Notes: a model not told the origin generated them from the sequence alone. 64,000 bases of DNA from Deltaproteobacteria bacterium (GCA_021780225.1 JAJXZF010000027.1:1229-65228); one strand, 5' to 3'. Shown: positions 1 through 10,652, counted from the first letter of the stretch. A program made the numbers and translations.

Positions 1-538
1 GCGTCCCCCCCACCGGCTGCACTTCGTGGCTCTCCACCGCCCGCAACAGCTTGGGCTGCAGCCGCAACGGCAACTCCCCAATCTCGTCCAGAAACAGCGT
101 GCCCCCGTTGGCCGAACGGAAATAGCCCAGCGCCTCCTCGCGCGCGTCGGTGAACGCCCCCCGCACGTGCCCGAACAACTGCGACTCCGCCAGCGACTCC
201 ACCAGATTGGAACAGTTGAAGGTCACGAACGGCCCCTTCGGCGACGGCCCCAGCTGATGCAGCGCCCGCGCCACCAACTCCTTGCCCGTCCCCGACTCCC
301 CGCATACCAGCACCGTCGCCTTGTACGGCGCCAGCCGCCCAATCGTCTTCACCACCCGCCGCATCGCTCCCGACCGCACCACCATCCCGCCCAACTGCGA
401 CCCGGTCAGCGCGAAACCATAAATTTCCGCGGGACTCGGCGCCAGATGTTCGATATCGAGCAAATCGCCGGTTTCCTCGGCCGCGATTACCTCTGAAAAG
501 CCGGCTTCGCCGTCATGACCTCTACGATCCCAATCCAA
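1..538 (-). CDS. Sigma-54-dependent enhancer-binding protein (AAA+ domain), 3' end outside window
   Basis: Manual translation of the minus strand (not in the ORF track): Walker [33 protein letters not shown], Walker [24 protein letters not shown]. Probable TTG start at 538 preceded by AGAGGA. Confidence 0.9.
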   Translation of the reverse strand, partial: MDWDRRGHDGEAGFSEVIAAEETGDLLDIEHLAPSPAEIYGFALTGSQLGGMVVRSGAMRRVVKTIGRLAPYKATVLVCGESGTGKELVARALHQLGPSPKGPFVTFNCSNLVESLAESQLFGHVRGAFTDAREEALGYFRSANGGTLFLDEIGELPLRLQPKLLRAVESHEVQPVGGT

Positions 539-602
539 TGCGCAATCCTCTGTATGGCGCCGCCGCGTCGATACGGATTGGCCATACTTGCGAAATTTCG
601 CA

Positions 603-619
603 CGCAAACTCCAGGCCAG
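603..619 (-). promoter_or_regulatory. Putative sigma-54 -24/-12 promoter
   Basis: Minus strand CTGGCCTGGAGTTTGCG has GG-N10-GC spacing with TGGC and TTGC boxes, about 65 nt upstream of the bEBP start. Confidence 0.55.
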
Positions 620-759
620 CAGCTTTTGCGCTTATTTTCAGGAATCTTTCATCGCTTGAAGCGTCGAAAAAAGACGAAACGGCAGATTATTGCCGCGCTG
701 CCATCGGAATGTCTGAGTCAATTATTTCTGCCGATGAAATTATCGAATGACGAATCGCG

Positions 760-1212
760 CTAAAGCCCGAGCGCATCGATTAGCACTTGCGCCGCGTGAT
801 CGCGCGGATCGACCTGAGGATAGATTCGTTCGATCAATCCGGAAGTGCCGATCAGAAAACTCATTCGCGCGGCGTGGGCCGCCTTGTCGTCGCAAGCGCC
901 ATAAGCCAGCGCGACGCCGCGATCGCGATCGCAAAGCAGCGGAAACGGAAAATTCTCTCGCGCGGCGAACTCCGCGATTCGATCGATCGGATCGAAACTC
1001 ACGCCGAGCACGGCTATATCATTTTCGTCGAAGTATCCGATTTGGTCGCGGAAGCTCCGCCCCTCCAGCGTGCATCCCGGCGTTCCCGCTTCCGGATAGA
1101 ACCAGAGCAGCACGCGGCGGCCGCGAAAATCGGCCAGCGCAACCGCGCCGCCATGATTCGCCGTCAGGGTAAATGCGGGCGCGGGATCGCCCGCCTTGAG
1201 CTTCATCGCCAT
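760..1212 (-). CDS. bcp: Peroxiredoxin, BCP/PrxQ family
   Basis: FYPEAGTPGCTLE (PxxxTxxC), GVSFD, FPLLCD; start MAMKLKAGDPAP after GGGGA. Confidence 0.9.
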   Translation of the reverse strand: MAMKLKAGDPAPAFTLTANHGGAVALADFRGRRVLLWFYPEAGTPGCTLEGRSFRDQIGYFDENDIAVLGVSFDPIDRIAEFAARENFPFPLLCDRDRGVALAYGACDDKAAHAARMSFLIGTSGLIERIYPQVDPRDHAAQVLIDALGL

Positions 1213-1246
1213 CGGTCCCCAATCGCGTCGCAACCGGCAAGCCGCG

Positions 1247-1732
1247 TCAGTTAAGCGCCGCCCGCAACCGCTCGATCATATCAAGGCACGCCGGATCGCC
1301 CGGCTGAAGCCGCAATGCCCCTTCCAATTCCGCGATCGCTTTCATCACCAAGCCTTGATCCGCATAGAGCCGCGCCAGATTCATATAGGGAAAATGACGC
1401 GGCTCGTAGCGCGCCGCGCGCTTGGCTTTTTCGAACCACTCGACGGCGGCGCCGGCCTCTCCACGCGCCATCAGATAGGCGCCGATATCGTTGTACGGAT
1501 TTCCGAACGCCGGGTCGATCTCGATCGCGCGCAGGCACTCGGCGATCGCGTCATCGATTCGCCCGAGGTACCGATAGGCCCAGCCGCGGTAGGTATGCGC
1601 CTCGGCGGTGGGACACAAATCGATCGACTGGTTGTAAAGCGTGATTGCGCTTTGGAAATCGCCTTGCAGATGGAATGCGGCGCCCTGGTTCCACAGCTCC
1701 AGCGCGCGCGCCCGGCGCACTTCGTCGTCCAT
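1247..1732 (-). CDS. Tetratricopeptide repeat protein
   Basis: Tandem TPR patterns (AEAHTYRGWAY, AIEIDPAFGNPYNDIG, ALRLQPGD). Confidence 0.85.
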   Translation of the reverse strand: MDDEVRRARALELWNQGAAFHLQGDFQSAITLYNQSIDLCPTAEAHTYRGWAYRYLGRIDDAIAECLRAIEIDPAFGNPYNDIGAYLMARGEAGAAVEWFEKAKRAARYEPRHFPYMNLARLYADQGLVMKAIAELEGALRLQPGDPACLDMIERLRAALN

Positions 1733-1786
1733 GATCCGACACGGATATTGCGCAGGCGCGCCGCGGTCAAGCGAACAGGCTTGCGT

Positions 1787-2725
1787 TCAATGGACCGTCA
1801 AGGTGCGCATCGCCTGGATCATCGCGGGCGCGAGAATCGAGAGCAGCATCGCCGGCAGCACGAACAGGACCAGCGGAAACAGAATCTTGATCGTGCTTTT
1901 TTGCGCCGCTTCTTCCGCGCGCAGCCGGCGCTTGACGCGCAGCGAGTCCGAACTCGCGCGCAGGGCCGGGCCGATTTGCGCGCCGAGCTGTTCGCTCTGA
2001 ATCAGCGTCGCCGCAAGCGGCCGAACGTCTTCGACCGCCGTGCGCTCGGCAAGGTTGCGCAGCGCCTGACCGAGCGAATTGCCCGCTGCGACCTCACCGG
2101 CGACGAGGGTCAATTCTTTGCCGATCGCCTGCTCCTGACGATCGGTTTCATCGCCGACGATCTTTATCGCCTCGAACAATCCCAGGCCCGCCTCGACGCA
2201 TACCACGAGGAGATCGAGCACGTCGGAGAGCTGCCGGGCGATTTCGCCTTGCCGGCGTGCGGCGCGTTTTTTCAGGTAATAGAGTGGCGCCACCCACGCC
2301 GCGATTCCGCCCGTCAGCGCGAACAAGACCGCTTTCGCCACCTGACCGAACCACAGGTAACCGGCGGCGAAGCCCAGCGCAACGCCGAGCACGAGCGCAA
2401 AAATGCGCGCGAGCTGAAAAACGCGCACCGCGCCCGAGCGGATAAAGCCCGCGCATACCAGCGTTTGCGAAATCTTTTTCGCCGACGCATTTTCTTTCGG
2501 TTCGGGCATCCGTGTGAGCGCCCAGCGGAAAAAAGTCCGGCCAAGTCCCTCCGCGGCGGACTCGGGGGCGAAGGGATTTGCGCCGCCGATCGACCGGTCC
2601 CGCGCGACAATCTCGGCGAAGCGCTCCTGAAACGTGCGATGGCTGCCGAAAAACGCCGCGTAAATCGCCATCGCGGCGACCCCAATCAGACAAAAAATCG
2701 CGGTGCTTACCACCAGTGAATTCAT
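1787..2725 (-). CDS. tadC: Tad pilus inner-membrane platform protein TadC
   Basis: DVLDLLVVCVEAGLGL, LIQSEQLGAQI, AEEAAQKSTIKILFPLVLF; follows tadB. Confidence 0.92.
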   Translation of the reverse strand: MNSLVVSTAIFCLIGVAAMAIYAAFFGSHRTFQERFAEIVARDRSIGGANPFAPESAAEGLGRTFFRWALTRMPEPKENASAKKISQTLVCAGFIRSGAVRVFQLARIFALVLGVALGFAAGYLWFGQVAKAVLFALTGGIAAWVAPLYYLKKRAARRQGEIARQLSDVLDLLVVCVEAGLGLFEAIKIVGDETDRQEQAIGKELTLVAGEVAAGNSLGQALRNLAERTAVEDVRPLAATLIQSEQLGAQIGPALRASSDSLRVKRRLRAEEAAQKSTIKILFPLVLFVLPAMLLSILAPAMIQAMRTLTVH

Positions 2726-2726
2726 A

Positions 2727-3695
2727 TCAATAATCCACGCGCAGAATACGGCGGATGGTAAAGAGAGCCATGGCGTCGAGCGTGATTGCGGTCTTTAAAG
2801 CCGTTTTGCCCGCGGGATCCGTGAACAGCACCCGGGCGTATCCGGGCTGAACCATGCTGAACGCGGCGAGCACCAGGATCGGAAGCAGCCCCACCACCAT
2901 GCCGCTCATCCGCGATTGCGCGGTCATCGCGCGGATCTGTTGCTGCAAGCGCTGGCGCGTGCGTACGATTTCCGACAAGCGGCCGACGATCTGCGCCAGG
3001 CTACTGCCGACCTCGCTCTGCACCTTGATGGCGATAACCAGCAGCCGCAAATCCTCTTCGGGCACTCGCTGCAGCATTTCGTCGAAGGCGCGCGGCAACG
3101 GCATTCCGAGCCGGGTCTGTTCGAGCACGGTGCGGAATTCGCCGCCGAGCGGATCGGTGAATTCCTGCACCAGAACCTGAAGACCGCGCAACAGCGAATG
3201 TCCGGCTTCGAGCGACGATTTGATCAGATCCAAAGCGAACGGCAATTGCATCGCGAACGCGCGTATCCGCCGGTTGCGCCGGTAGCGGATATAAAAAATC
3301 GGCAGCGACGCGGCGGCGGCGCCGGCCGCCAGAATCACCAACGAACCGGGTAAAAGGAGCTGGCCGCCAGCCAGCCCCGCTCCGAACATCAGCACGACGA
3401 TCAGCAGCATCTCGGAGACGCGCATGTAGATGCCGGCCTGCCACATATTCCGCTCGAGCCGCCGCAACGGACGCATCCGGTAAACCAAATCGAGCAGCAT
3501 CCCGGAGCTCTCTTGCGGGCCGCGCCGGCGCCGATCGACGCGAACCAGGTCGTCCGCCCCCTCTTCCGCCTCGGCCAGCTTGAGCCGTTCGAGCCGCTCC
3601 GCCGCCTGTTCGCGGCCATTCCGGCCGCCGGTCAAAAGCGCCAGCGCGAGCGCCAGCACCAGGGCGAAGACGCCGGACGAGATTAGAAAATCCAC
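2727..3695 (-). CDS. tadB: Tad pilus inner-membrane platform protein TadB
   Basis: QLPFALDLIKSSLEAGHSL, PLGGEF, IQ/VQSEVGSSLA-like segment, RAMTAQSRMS. Confidence 0.92.
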   Translation of the reverse strand: MDFLISSGVFALVLALALALLTGGRNGREQAAERLERLKLAEAEEGADDLVRVDRRRRGPQESSGMLLDLVYRMRPLRRLERNMWQAGIYMRVSEMLLIVVLMFGAGLAGGQLLLPGSLVILAAGAAAASLPIFYIRYRRNRRIRAFAMQLPFALDLIKSSLEAGHSLLRGLQVLVQEFTDPLGGEFRTVLEQTRLGMPLPRAFDEMLQRVPEEDLRLLVIAIKVQSEVGSSLAQIVGRLSEIVRTRQRLQQQIRAMTAQSRMSGMVVGLLPILVLAAFSMVQPGYARVLFTDPAGKTALKTAITLDAMALFTIRRILRVDY

Positions 3696-3714
3696 CGCTG
3701 CCGCTCCTTGATTT

Positions 3715-5097
3715 TCAACGTCCGGCCGCGCGCATCAGATGCGCCGCCGCATCGATTTTGAAGCCGGCGATTTCAATCTGATGCGCGTATGTCGAACGGA
3801 TTCCGGTCGGCCGGAATTCGCCGAGGATGCGGCCGTCGGCGCCCACGCCGGTGCGCGTGAATTCAAAAAGGTCCTGCATCATGATCGTCTCGCCTTCCAT
3901 CCCGCTGATTTCGGAAATCTTGAGCACTTTGCGGGTCCCGTCCGAAAGCCGGCTCACGTGCACGACGATGTTGACGGCCGAGGCGATCTGTTGGCGCATC
4001 GCGCGTTGCGGAATCGAAAAGCCGCCCAACAGCATCATCATCTCCAGCCGGCCGATCGATTCGCGCGGACTGTTGGCGTGAATCGTGGCGATCGAGCCGT
4101 CGTGGCCGGTCGACATCGCCTGCAACATGTCGTAAACCTCGGCGCTGCGCACCTCGCCGACGATAATTCGATCCGGGCGCATCCGCAGGCAGTTCTTGAC
4201 CAGCTCGCGCTGCGTGACTTCGCCTTTGCCCTCGAGATTCGACGGACGCGTCTCGAGCCGGACCACGTGCGGCTGCTGCAACGACAGCTCGGCGGAATCC
4301 TCGATCGTCACGATGCGTTCGTCTTCCGGCACGAACGCCGACAGGCAGTTGAGCATCGTGGTTTTGCCCGAGCCAGTGCCGCCGCAGACGATGATGTTGA
4401 GGCGGGCGCGCACCAGGGCGCGCAGAAGATCGACAATTTCCCGCGTCAGGCTGCCCTTTTCGACCAGCGCTTCAATATCGTAGCGGCGCTTGCCGAAGCG
4501 CCGGATCGACAACGCCGGACCGTCGAGCGCGAGCGGCGGGATGATCGCGTTGATGCGCGAACCGTCGCGCAAGCGCGCGTCCACCATCGGCGACGCCTCA
4601 TCCACGCGCCGGCCGACCTGCGAGACGATGCGGTCGATAATCAGCATCAGATGCTGATCGTCCTGAAACGTCACGCCGGTCGCGTGGAGCTTGCCGAATT
4701 TCTCGACATAGACCTGATTGTGCCCGTTGACCAGGATGTCGGTGATGTCGTCGTCGTGGAGCAGCGGCTCGAGCGGACCGAGTCCGAGCAGTTCGTTCTT
4801 GATCTCGCTGACGAATCGCGCACGGTCGAGATCGGTGAGCAAACGGCCGTCCTGGTCGAGCGTTTCGTTGATCGCCGCCGTGACTTTCGCCGAAACCATC
4901 GCTGGCTCGAGCGCGTCGAGCTTCGACACGTCGAGCGTTTCGAGCAGGCGATTATGCACCCGCAACTTCAGCCGCCGCTGCCCTTCAACCACTTCGTCGC
5001 GCCGGCGTTGCGGAGCGCCGCCGATCAACGAACTGGCTGGCGTCTCCGGAAGCGCCGCTCCGGGCGCGTTTTTTGAAAGACGATCGACCAGTCTCAT
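3715..5097 (-). CDS. cpaF: Tad pilus assembly ATPase CpaF/TadA
   Basis: [60 protein letters not shown]; likely start MRLVDRL. Confidence 0.95.
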   Translation of the reverse strand: MRLVDRLSKNAPGAALPETPASSLIGGAPQRRRDEVVEGQRRLKLRVHNRLLETLDVSKLDALEPAMVSAKVTAAINETLDQDGRLLTDLDRARFVSEIKNELLGLGPLEPLLHDDDITDILVNGHNQVYVEKFGKLHATGVTFQDDQHLMLIIDRIVSQVGRRVDEASPMVDARLRDGSRINAIIPPLALDGPALSIRRFGKRRYDIEALVEKGSLTREIVDLLRALVRARLNIIVCGGTGSGKTTMLNCLSAFVPEDERIVTIEDSAELSLQQPHVVRLETRPSNLEGKGEVTQRELVKNCLRMRPDRIIVGEVRSAEVYDMLQAMSTGHDGSIATIHANSPRESIGRLEMMMLLGGFSIPQRAMRQQIASAVNIVVHVSRLSDGTRKVLKISEISGMEGETIMMQDLFEFTRTGVGADGRILGEFRPTGIRSTYAHQIEIAGFKIDAAAHLMRAAGR

Positions 5098-5146
5098 GCC
5101 GATTTCCTCCGCGCGCAGGTTTTCATGCGCGCCACGCGTCGTTCGT

Positions 5147-6406
5147 TCAAGCCTGCGCGGCGCCGGCGCCGAACCATCGCGACCACAAACCCTTCGACTC
5201 CTGTTCCGGCACGCGGCGCGTCGCGAGCCGGCGGGCCAATACCGCCGTCGCCCGTGCCAGCGGACCGTTCGGCGCAACCTGCCATACGTCCTCGCCGCGC
5301 AATTGCGCCCGCTGCAGCGCGCGATCGTCCCGGGGGATGCGCGCGAAGAGCGGCGCGCCCAGCGCCGCGACGACCACGGATTCGGCGATTTGATGCTGAC
5401 TGTCGGCGCGATTCAGCACGAAATGCGGCGCCGCGTTGCGCAGCCGCAGGCTCTCGAACAGATCGCAAAATCGACGCGCACCGGCGGCTGACGCGAGCGA
5501 TTGCTCCAGCACGTAGAGAACCGCTTCCGAACGTTCCCACGCCGCGATCGAATTTTCGTCAACGCGCTTGCCGCAATCGACGACAACGTAATCGAACAGT
5601 TCGGCCATCAGGTCGAGCACCGCGCCCACGGTGAGATCGGAAACCCGCTCGCCGTCTTCAAACCGCCGCGGCGCGGCGAGCAGATAGACTCCGGACGGAT
5701 GCTTGCAGAGCGCCGTTTCGAGCCGAATCGAATCGAGCGTCCGAACATGCTCGATCAGCGACGCGATCGTCTGCGCCGGCTCAAGATTCAAAAAGACATT
5801 CTGACCGCCTCTTTGCAGATCCAAATCGATCACCGCCGCGACCTTGTCGAGCGAATACGCCAGCGCCAGGGCGAGACCACCGGCGACGGTCGTGACGCCA
5901 ACGCCGCCGCTCAGACTCGTAACCGAGATAATCGCGCCGCGCCGCCGGTTGCGGCGATGCCGCTCTTCGCCGACTTTCATCAAAACACGGGTCGCCGCGT
6001 CCTTTTCGAGCGGGGCGAACAGTATCTCATCGGCGCCGGCATGCAGCGCGAGACGCATCAAGGCCGGCGACTGTTCGATCAGAACCGCCACCAGCAGCGG
6101 TCCCGGTTTGCGTTGCGCCTGCGCCTGCAAAAATACGAGCGGCTCAGCTTCATTGCCGCCGAAAAGGACCATCACGACGTCGGGCCCGACGCCGGCGTCG
6201 CTCGGCCGTTGAAAATCGCCTTCGGCGATTTCCAGAAACGGCTCCTCGACTTCCGCCAGCGTCGCGGCCGAAAGCGCCCGGCGTTCGGCGTCATCGCCGA
6301 CCAGCATCACCCTTAATTTGTCGCGCCGCTCCAAACCCTTCGCGTTTTTTGCCGCCACCTGAAACCGCCCTTCGTCGCGCCTCTCGGCGCATTCAACCGC
6401 CCCCAT
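5147..6406 (-). CDS. cpaE: CpaE/TadZ-like protein (degenerate receiver domain plus MinD-like domain)
   Basis: N-terminal REC-like [10 protein letters not shown]; deviant Walker [25 protein letters not shown]; lies between flp and cpaF. Start uncertain. Confidence 0.85.
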   Translation of the reverse strand: MGAVECAERRDEGRFQVAAKNAKGLERRDKLRVMLVGDDAERRALSAATLAEVEEPFLEIAEGDFQRPSDAGVGPDVVMVLFGGNEAEPLVFLQAQAQRKPGPLLVAVLIEQSPALMRLALHAGADEILFAPLEKDAATRVLMKVGEERHRRNRRRGAIISVTSLSGGVGVTTVAGGLALALAYSLDKVAAVIDLDLQRGGQNVFLNLEPAQTIASLIEHVRTLDSIRLETALCKHPSGVYLLAAPRRFEDGERVSDLTVGAVLDLMAELFDYVVVDCGKRVDENSIAAWERSEAVLYVLEQSLASAAGARRFCDLFESLRLRNAAPHFVLNRADSQHQIAESVVVAALGAPLFARIPRDDRALQRAQLRGEDVWQVAPNGPLARATAVLARRLATRRVPEQESKGLWSRWFGAGAAQA

Positions 6407-6436
6407 CGCTCACGCACCAGCGACCCGCCGCCCGCA

Positions 6437-6622
6437 TCAGCTCCCCGACAAATAAGAATCGACGCGGCCAACCAGCGAGTTGATATCGTTGCCCATCGTT
6501 TCATACGCGATGAAAACGACTATCGCGATCGCGGCGAGAATCAGCGCATACTCAGTCATGGTCTGGCCTTTGAGGTGCTTGCGCATTTTTTCGTATATCC
6601 CGATCACACGTCTCATCTTCAC
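6437..6622 (-). CDS. flp: Flp family type IVb/IVc pilin
   Basis: GQTMTEYALILAAIAIVV Flp motif; about 60 aa; AAGGAG RBS; start at 6622 (GTG) or 6616 (ATG). Confidence 0.92.
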   Translation of the reverse strand: MKMRRVIGIYEKMRKHLKGQTMTEYALILAAIAIVVFIAYETMGNDINSLVGRVDSYLSGS

Positions 6623-7150
6623 TCTCTCCTTACTTCCCTCGTTCCGCGCGACGCTATGAAAATTTGCGCCGCCATGTTCAAAACGCTCACCGGCCGGCTT
6701 TGGCGGCCCGGATTATCAAATAGCCATTAATGCGGACCGCCAAATATTTGCCGGTGCGACTGATTTTTACGGTTAATAGTTTGCTGACTAAATCGATGAC
6801 TTATTCATTTTCAGGTTATTTTTTTTGGTTGTCGGAAATGACAAATGCAGCGTCCGTGCCAGCATCCAGCATCGGCGTTTTGCTGTGCTAAATTGGGTTT
6901 TAATGACTGCTCAAAATAAATTCGTGCGCCGGGTTCCGACGATGCGTCATTGTGCGACGCGACCGAGTCCGAACCGGACACGGCTGAACCGCTATTCGCG
7001 CCAGAAAGTTTGGCCCTGAATCAAGGTCGCTATACAACGAAACTTCGTGTTGTTTTGCGCAACAGTTCGCTATTTTTGGCGCCCGCCTCGCGTCCGTGTT
7101 CGCCTTCTGTCAATCGTAAGATAAAGGGAGGGCGCGCCGCGCCGATTAAT

Positions 7151-8074
7151 ATGAAGTGTTCTTATTGCGCCGCTGAATCGCGTCTGTTCGGCCGCGCCGA
7201 ATGGAAGCTTATCGTGTTGTCCGCCGCCGCGATCTTGGCGTCAGCATGCCTCGCTGGATGCGCCAACAACCAACTTGCGGCGGCGCGCGCGGAGCTTCAA
7301 GCGGGAGACTTGGCGGACGCTCATCGCAGCCTGGTCGCCGCCAGCCGCGCTCCAAACCTTTCGCATCGTGAACTGCGCGAAGTCGATGACGACCTTTGCC
7401 TTACTGAATATCGAATCGGTCCGCCCGAATATTCAGTCGCGCGCGAGCGGATGACGTGCGGGTCGGCCACGAAATTGGCCGGCAGCCAAAGCGGCCCGAT
7501 CGTCACGGCGCTGGATAAACGGGCAAAAGACGCGACGGAGACCGAGTTCGACAACGCGATCAAGGCGGGAGATTTGACCCGCGCCGACCAAACGATAATC
7601 GATTACCAGCGCTATCCCGGCGCGGATTCGGCGGCGATAGCGGAATGGTCGCGGCAACTTCGCCAAGCTTCCGACCGCCAATTCGCGTTGTCCTCCCGTT
7701 ACCGGCGCAGGCGGCTCACGCCGGCGATTGCGGCGATGGAACGTCGTTACCCGAAGATGAGAAATATGACCGACGCGGCATTTGCGAGCTGGGTGATGCG
7801 CAATGCGACAATCGCCGGCGAACCGATGGTCAGCACCGTCAGCGTCGGCCACGCCGGGATGCGCTTGACGGTCGCCGAGCGCCGCCTTTCCGACGTGCGT
7901 TTTAACCTGAACCGCTTCGCTCAAATAAATGACGCGATGGTTGCGCGATGCCGATGCGACGGCCATACCGCGATCGATTTGGCGGGTTCGGGATTGCCCG
8001 CTTATCTATTGCGGCTCGATCCGGAAACGCGCCAATCGGAAGTAGTGGTTATGCCGCAGCCGCTACAGGATTAA
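7151..8074 (+). CDS. Hypothetical lipoprotein
   Basis: Hydrophobic stretch ending in lipobox LAGC; helical N-terminal region; long ORF divergent from flp. Confidence 0.6.
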   Translation: MKCSYCAAESRLFGRAEWKLIVLSAAAILASACLAGCANNQLAAARAELQAGDLADAHRSLVAASRAPNLSHRELREVDDDLCLTEYRIGPPEYSVARERMTCGSATKLAGSQSGPIVTALDKRAKDATETEFDNAIKAGDLTRADQTIIDYQRYPGADSAAIAEWSRQLRQASDRQFALSSRYRRRRLTPAIAAMERRYPKMRNMTDAAFASWVMRNATIAGEPMVSTVSVGHAGMRLTVAERRLSDVRFNLNRFAQINDAMVARCRCDGHTAIDLAGSGLPAYLLRLDPETRQSEVVVMPQPLQD

Positions 8075-8095
8075 AGGCAAATTGCCGCGCCACGG

Positions 8096-9868
8096 CTAAA
8101 AGTGGTGGGCCAGCACGGACGGATGTCCGCTCGTGTTGCTGGCATAACTGTCGAGCAAGCCGGACGCCGCGCCGGTTCCATCAACGCTCACTGAATCGTA
8201 AGCCCCCATGTAGTTCGGCGCGACCAGCACATCCTGTCCGACTGCGGAGGGAAAGTTGACTGGCGTTATCTTGACATTTCTAAAGGACACGCCGCCGGTC
8301 GTTGACGACGCGCAATAGCGGTCGATCAGAAAATTGTACGGATCTCGCCGGCGATCGTAAAAACAGATTCCGATTCGTCCGGTTTTGTCTGTGTTGATCG
8401 CCGGCTCGAAATGATCGGTGAACGGATAGCGGCCGCCTTCCGGGTCGTTGTTGACGCGCGCGGGCGACGACCAATTGACGCCGCCGTCCGAGGATTGCGC
8501 AAACATCACGTCCGCCATCCCGTAAAGCCCGGTCGTCGTGAGCGAATCTTTGTCGCTGTAAGCCGCATTGGCCCACGCCAGATAAACATCGCCGCTGTTC
8601 TTTTTGCCTTGCCCGATCGCCAGCGCGGGCGCCTCGCTGGCGGCGATGAATCCCTGGATTTCAGCGCCGTCGCCAATCGCCACCACGCCGGCGACGGTCA
8701 CCGGTTCGCCAAAGGTTGCGCCTGAGTCGGTCGAGCGGGCGATTTTGATCGCGCGCGCGGTCGCGTCCATTCCGTTGACGCCCAGCGCCTCCCATGCGAC
8801 GTAAACCACGCCCCCCGGACCCACGGCCACTTGCGGCCAAACGTCTGACGCATAGGGATTGTTTTGATCCGCGCAAACCTGATCGACGATCGCCGGCGCT
8901 GCGCTCCAAGAGGCGCCGCCGTCGCTCGACGCAATCGATTCGATCGCATAGCGGGGAATCGGTTGCTCAAACTGATCCTTGCCGCATACCGAGCCGGAAT
9001 AGTCAGTGTCGGAAAAAACGAGATAAAGATTTCCCGCATTGGCGCGATCGACGGCAAGTTTATCCTGACCGACTATATCGGTAAGCGCGCTCTTGACGAT
9101 CGCCGGATTTGGCGCCGTAAAATTGGCGCCGCCGTCGTTGGATTGAGCCACCCCTACGCCAATCTGATTGTTCAGGCTGTCGTACCAGATTGCCGAATAA
9201 TAAAAGTCATTTGGACCGGCGCAAACGATCGACGGATCGCCCATCATCGCCTGCCATGTATGCGACGGCGGCGCCGGCGTCTGTAAATAGCTGAACGCCA
9301 TCCCGTGATTCGCCGACCGGGAATAACCTATGCCGCTCGTGCCCGAACCGCCGAGCATCGTGCTGATTTCGCTACCCGTATCGTTGAACATCACCACCGC
9401 GTTCGAGCCGCACCATGCGTTGGCTGTTTCGTTTTGAGTGAACCCGGTGAAGCGGGACGCGTTGAGCGTGGCGTTCGAGATTTGCCGCGGACCAATTACA
9501 TAAGGGTAGAATGCGCCGCCAAAAATTTCATCGGCTGAAAGACTCGCGGCTGATTCACTGGTATTTTGCGTCGCATCAAGGTTTTCCAACAGCGGCCGAA
9601 GCGCGCTCCAGTGGCGCGCCAGCGCCAGCATATTGCCCTCCGCGCCATCCAAACCGCGAAGTCTGAAATTGGAATTCTCCGCGAAAGCGCTGAAATTCGA
9701 CGCAATCGAATCGAAAAGCGCAAACCGTGACGGTCCGGAAGTTTTCGCGCCGCTGGTTCTAATCGATCCGGCAAACACTATCGCAAGCGCAACCAATGAT
9801 CCGATCGCGCCCGCGCGCCGTTTTTTACTTTGGCTTGTACAGTTCCGGCGATTCGGTCGCCTGCGCAT
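8096..9868 (-). CDS. Secreted BNR/Asp-box repeat (sialidase-like beta-propeller) protein
   Basis: Signal-like N-terminus; Asp-boxes SNDGGANF, SSDGGASW, STDSGATF, SSDGGVNW, STTGGVSF. Confidence 0.8.
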   Translation of the reverse strand: MRRRPNRRNCTSQSKKRRAGAIGSLVALAIVFAGSIRTSGAKTSGPSRFALFDSIASNFSAFAENSNFRLRGLDGAEGNMLALARHWSALRPLLENLDATQNTSESAASLSADEIFGGAFYPYVIGPRQISNATLNASRFTGFTQNETANAWCGSNAVVMFNDTGSEISTMLGGSGTSGIGYSRSANHGMAFSYLQTPAPPSHTWQAMMGDPSIVCAGPNDFYYSAIWYDSLNNQIGVGVAQSNDGGANFTAPNPAIVKSALTDIVGQDKLAVDRANAGNLYLVFSDTDYSGSVCGKDQFEQPIPRYAIESIASSDGGASWSAAPAIVDQVCADQNNPYASDVWPQVAVGPGGVVYVAWEALGVNGMDATARAIKIARSTDSGATFGEPVTVAGVVAIGDGAEIQGFIAASEAPALAIGQGKKNSGDVYLAWANAAYSDKDSLTTTGLYGMADVMFAQSSDGGVNWSSPARVNNDPEGGRYPFTDHFEPAINTDKTGRIGICFYDRRRDPYNFLIDRYCASSTTGGVSFRNVKITPVNFPSAVGQDVLVAPNYMGAYDSVSVDGTGAASGLLDSYASNTSGHPSVLAHHF

Positions 9869-10150
9869 GCAGACGGTTGGTTTTCAAGAGCGATGCCAAC
9901 GCGCTGATCCATACCCGGCGGACCGTATTCTGCCCGAATTTTCACGCAACTTTGGGCGGCGCGCCGGAGTCCGCCTGACGGCATTCGCCGATCAACTCCC
10001 GCGGAGAGTCGCAAATTCCGGGCAAACGGCAATTTATGGCCGCCGCGATTTTGTCGGCGGCGTCATGCTGCGGGCGAAATCGCTCAGGAGATGATTGATT
10101 GAATATCTATTTGAAGAAATACGAAATAGTCGCATACCCGGCGCATGCGA

Positions 10151-10339
10151 CTAGTGTGGCGTCCCCTGAATAAGTTTGCGCTCCGCGTGGATGCCCGGAT
10201 CAAGTCCGGGCATGACCAACTCTGTTCGTCATTGCCGGGCCCAGACCCGGCAATCCATCCCTGGTCGCCCGACAGTGGGCGACCTGCGCGCCGAGCTGAT
10301 CAGGCGTCAGCTGGAAGTTATTTGCGGGACACACACTAG
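10151..10339. mobile_element. MITE-like element, copy 1, carrying a REP-like hairpin doublet
   Basis: CTAG at both ends; imperfect TIRs CTAGTGTGGCGTCCCCTGAATAA / TTATTTGCGGGACACACACTAG; near-identical copy at 12615-12822; no coding capacity. Confidence 0.8.
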
Positions 10340-10394
10340 AGCGATTGAAGGTCTACGGTCACGCGCTATGCGTGACCAACCGACCACACGGCGC

Positions 10395-10595
10395 TTACTC
10401 GTATGTTGGGCTGATTTCCTGAAAGCTTCGGTCGACCGATCGCCGCGGCCGACCGATGCGCTGAGGAACAATCGAAGTCGGCGCGCGGCGCCACGAAGCG
10501 AACACCCGGCGAATCAAGCCTGAAGCGGCGCCAGCCCCGGCGCGCGCGATCGCCAACTCGTGCTCGTTGATTCTCGAACCTTTGGTCGTTTCCAT
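10395..10595 (-). CDS. Small hypothetical protein (66 aa)
   Basis: ATG preceded by GGGAGGG RBS; sigma-54 motif upstream; hairpin GGTCACGC-GCTAT-GCGTGACC just downstream. Confidence 0.5.
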   Translation of the reverse strand: METTKGSRINEHELAIARAGAGAASGLIRRVFASWRRAPTSIVPQRIGRPRRSVDRSFQEISPTYE

Positions 10596-10652
10596 CGGTT
10601 CGCCCTCCCTTGCGCCGTCCTACGCTTCGCGTCGGCGGCGCGGAGGGTTAAA

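Noticed and set aside
26..496. Plus-strand 156-aa ORF, and similar long antisense ORFs (e.g. 1196..2719, 3739..5076, 13431..14651, 34404..35834, 54618..56129)
   Set aside because: Shadow frames of recognisable genes on the opposite strand; expected in high-GC DNA.
6625..7150. Riboswitch or sigma-54 promoter upstream of flp
   Set aside because: AT-rich with a palindrome (GCCAAATATTTGCC-like), but no convincing c-di-GMP riboswitch and only poor -24/-12 matches.
10145..10339. Similar short ORFs at 10145..10339 and 12618..12872, and at 52401..52709 and 52974..53528
   Set aside because: They are translations of the repeated non-coding elements, not independent genes.
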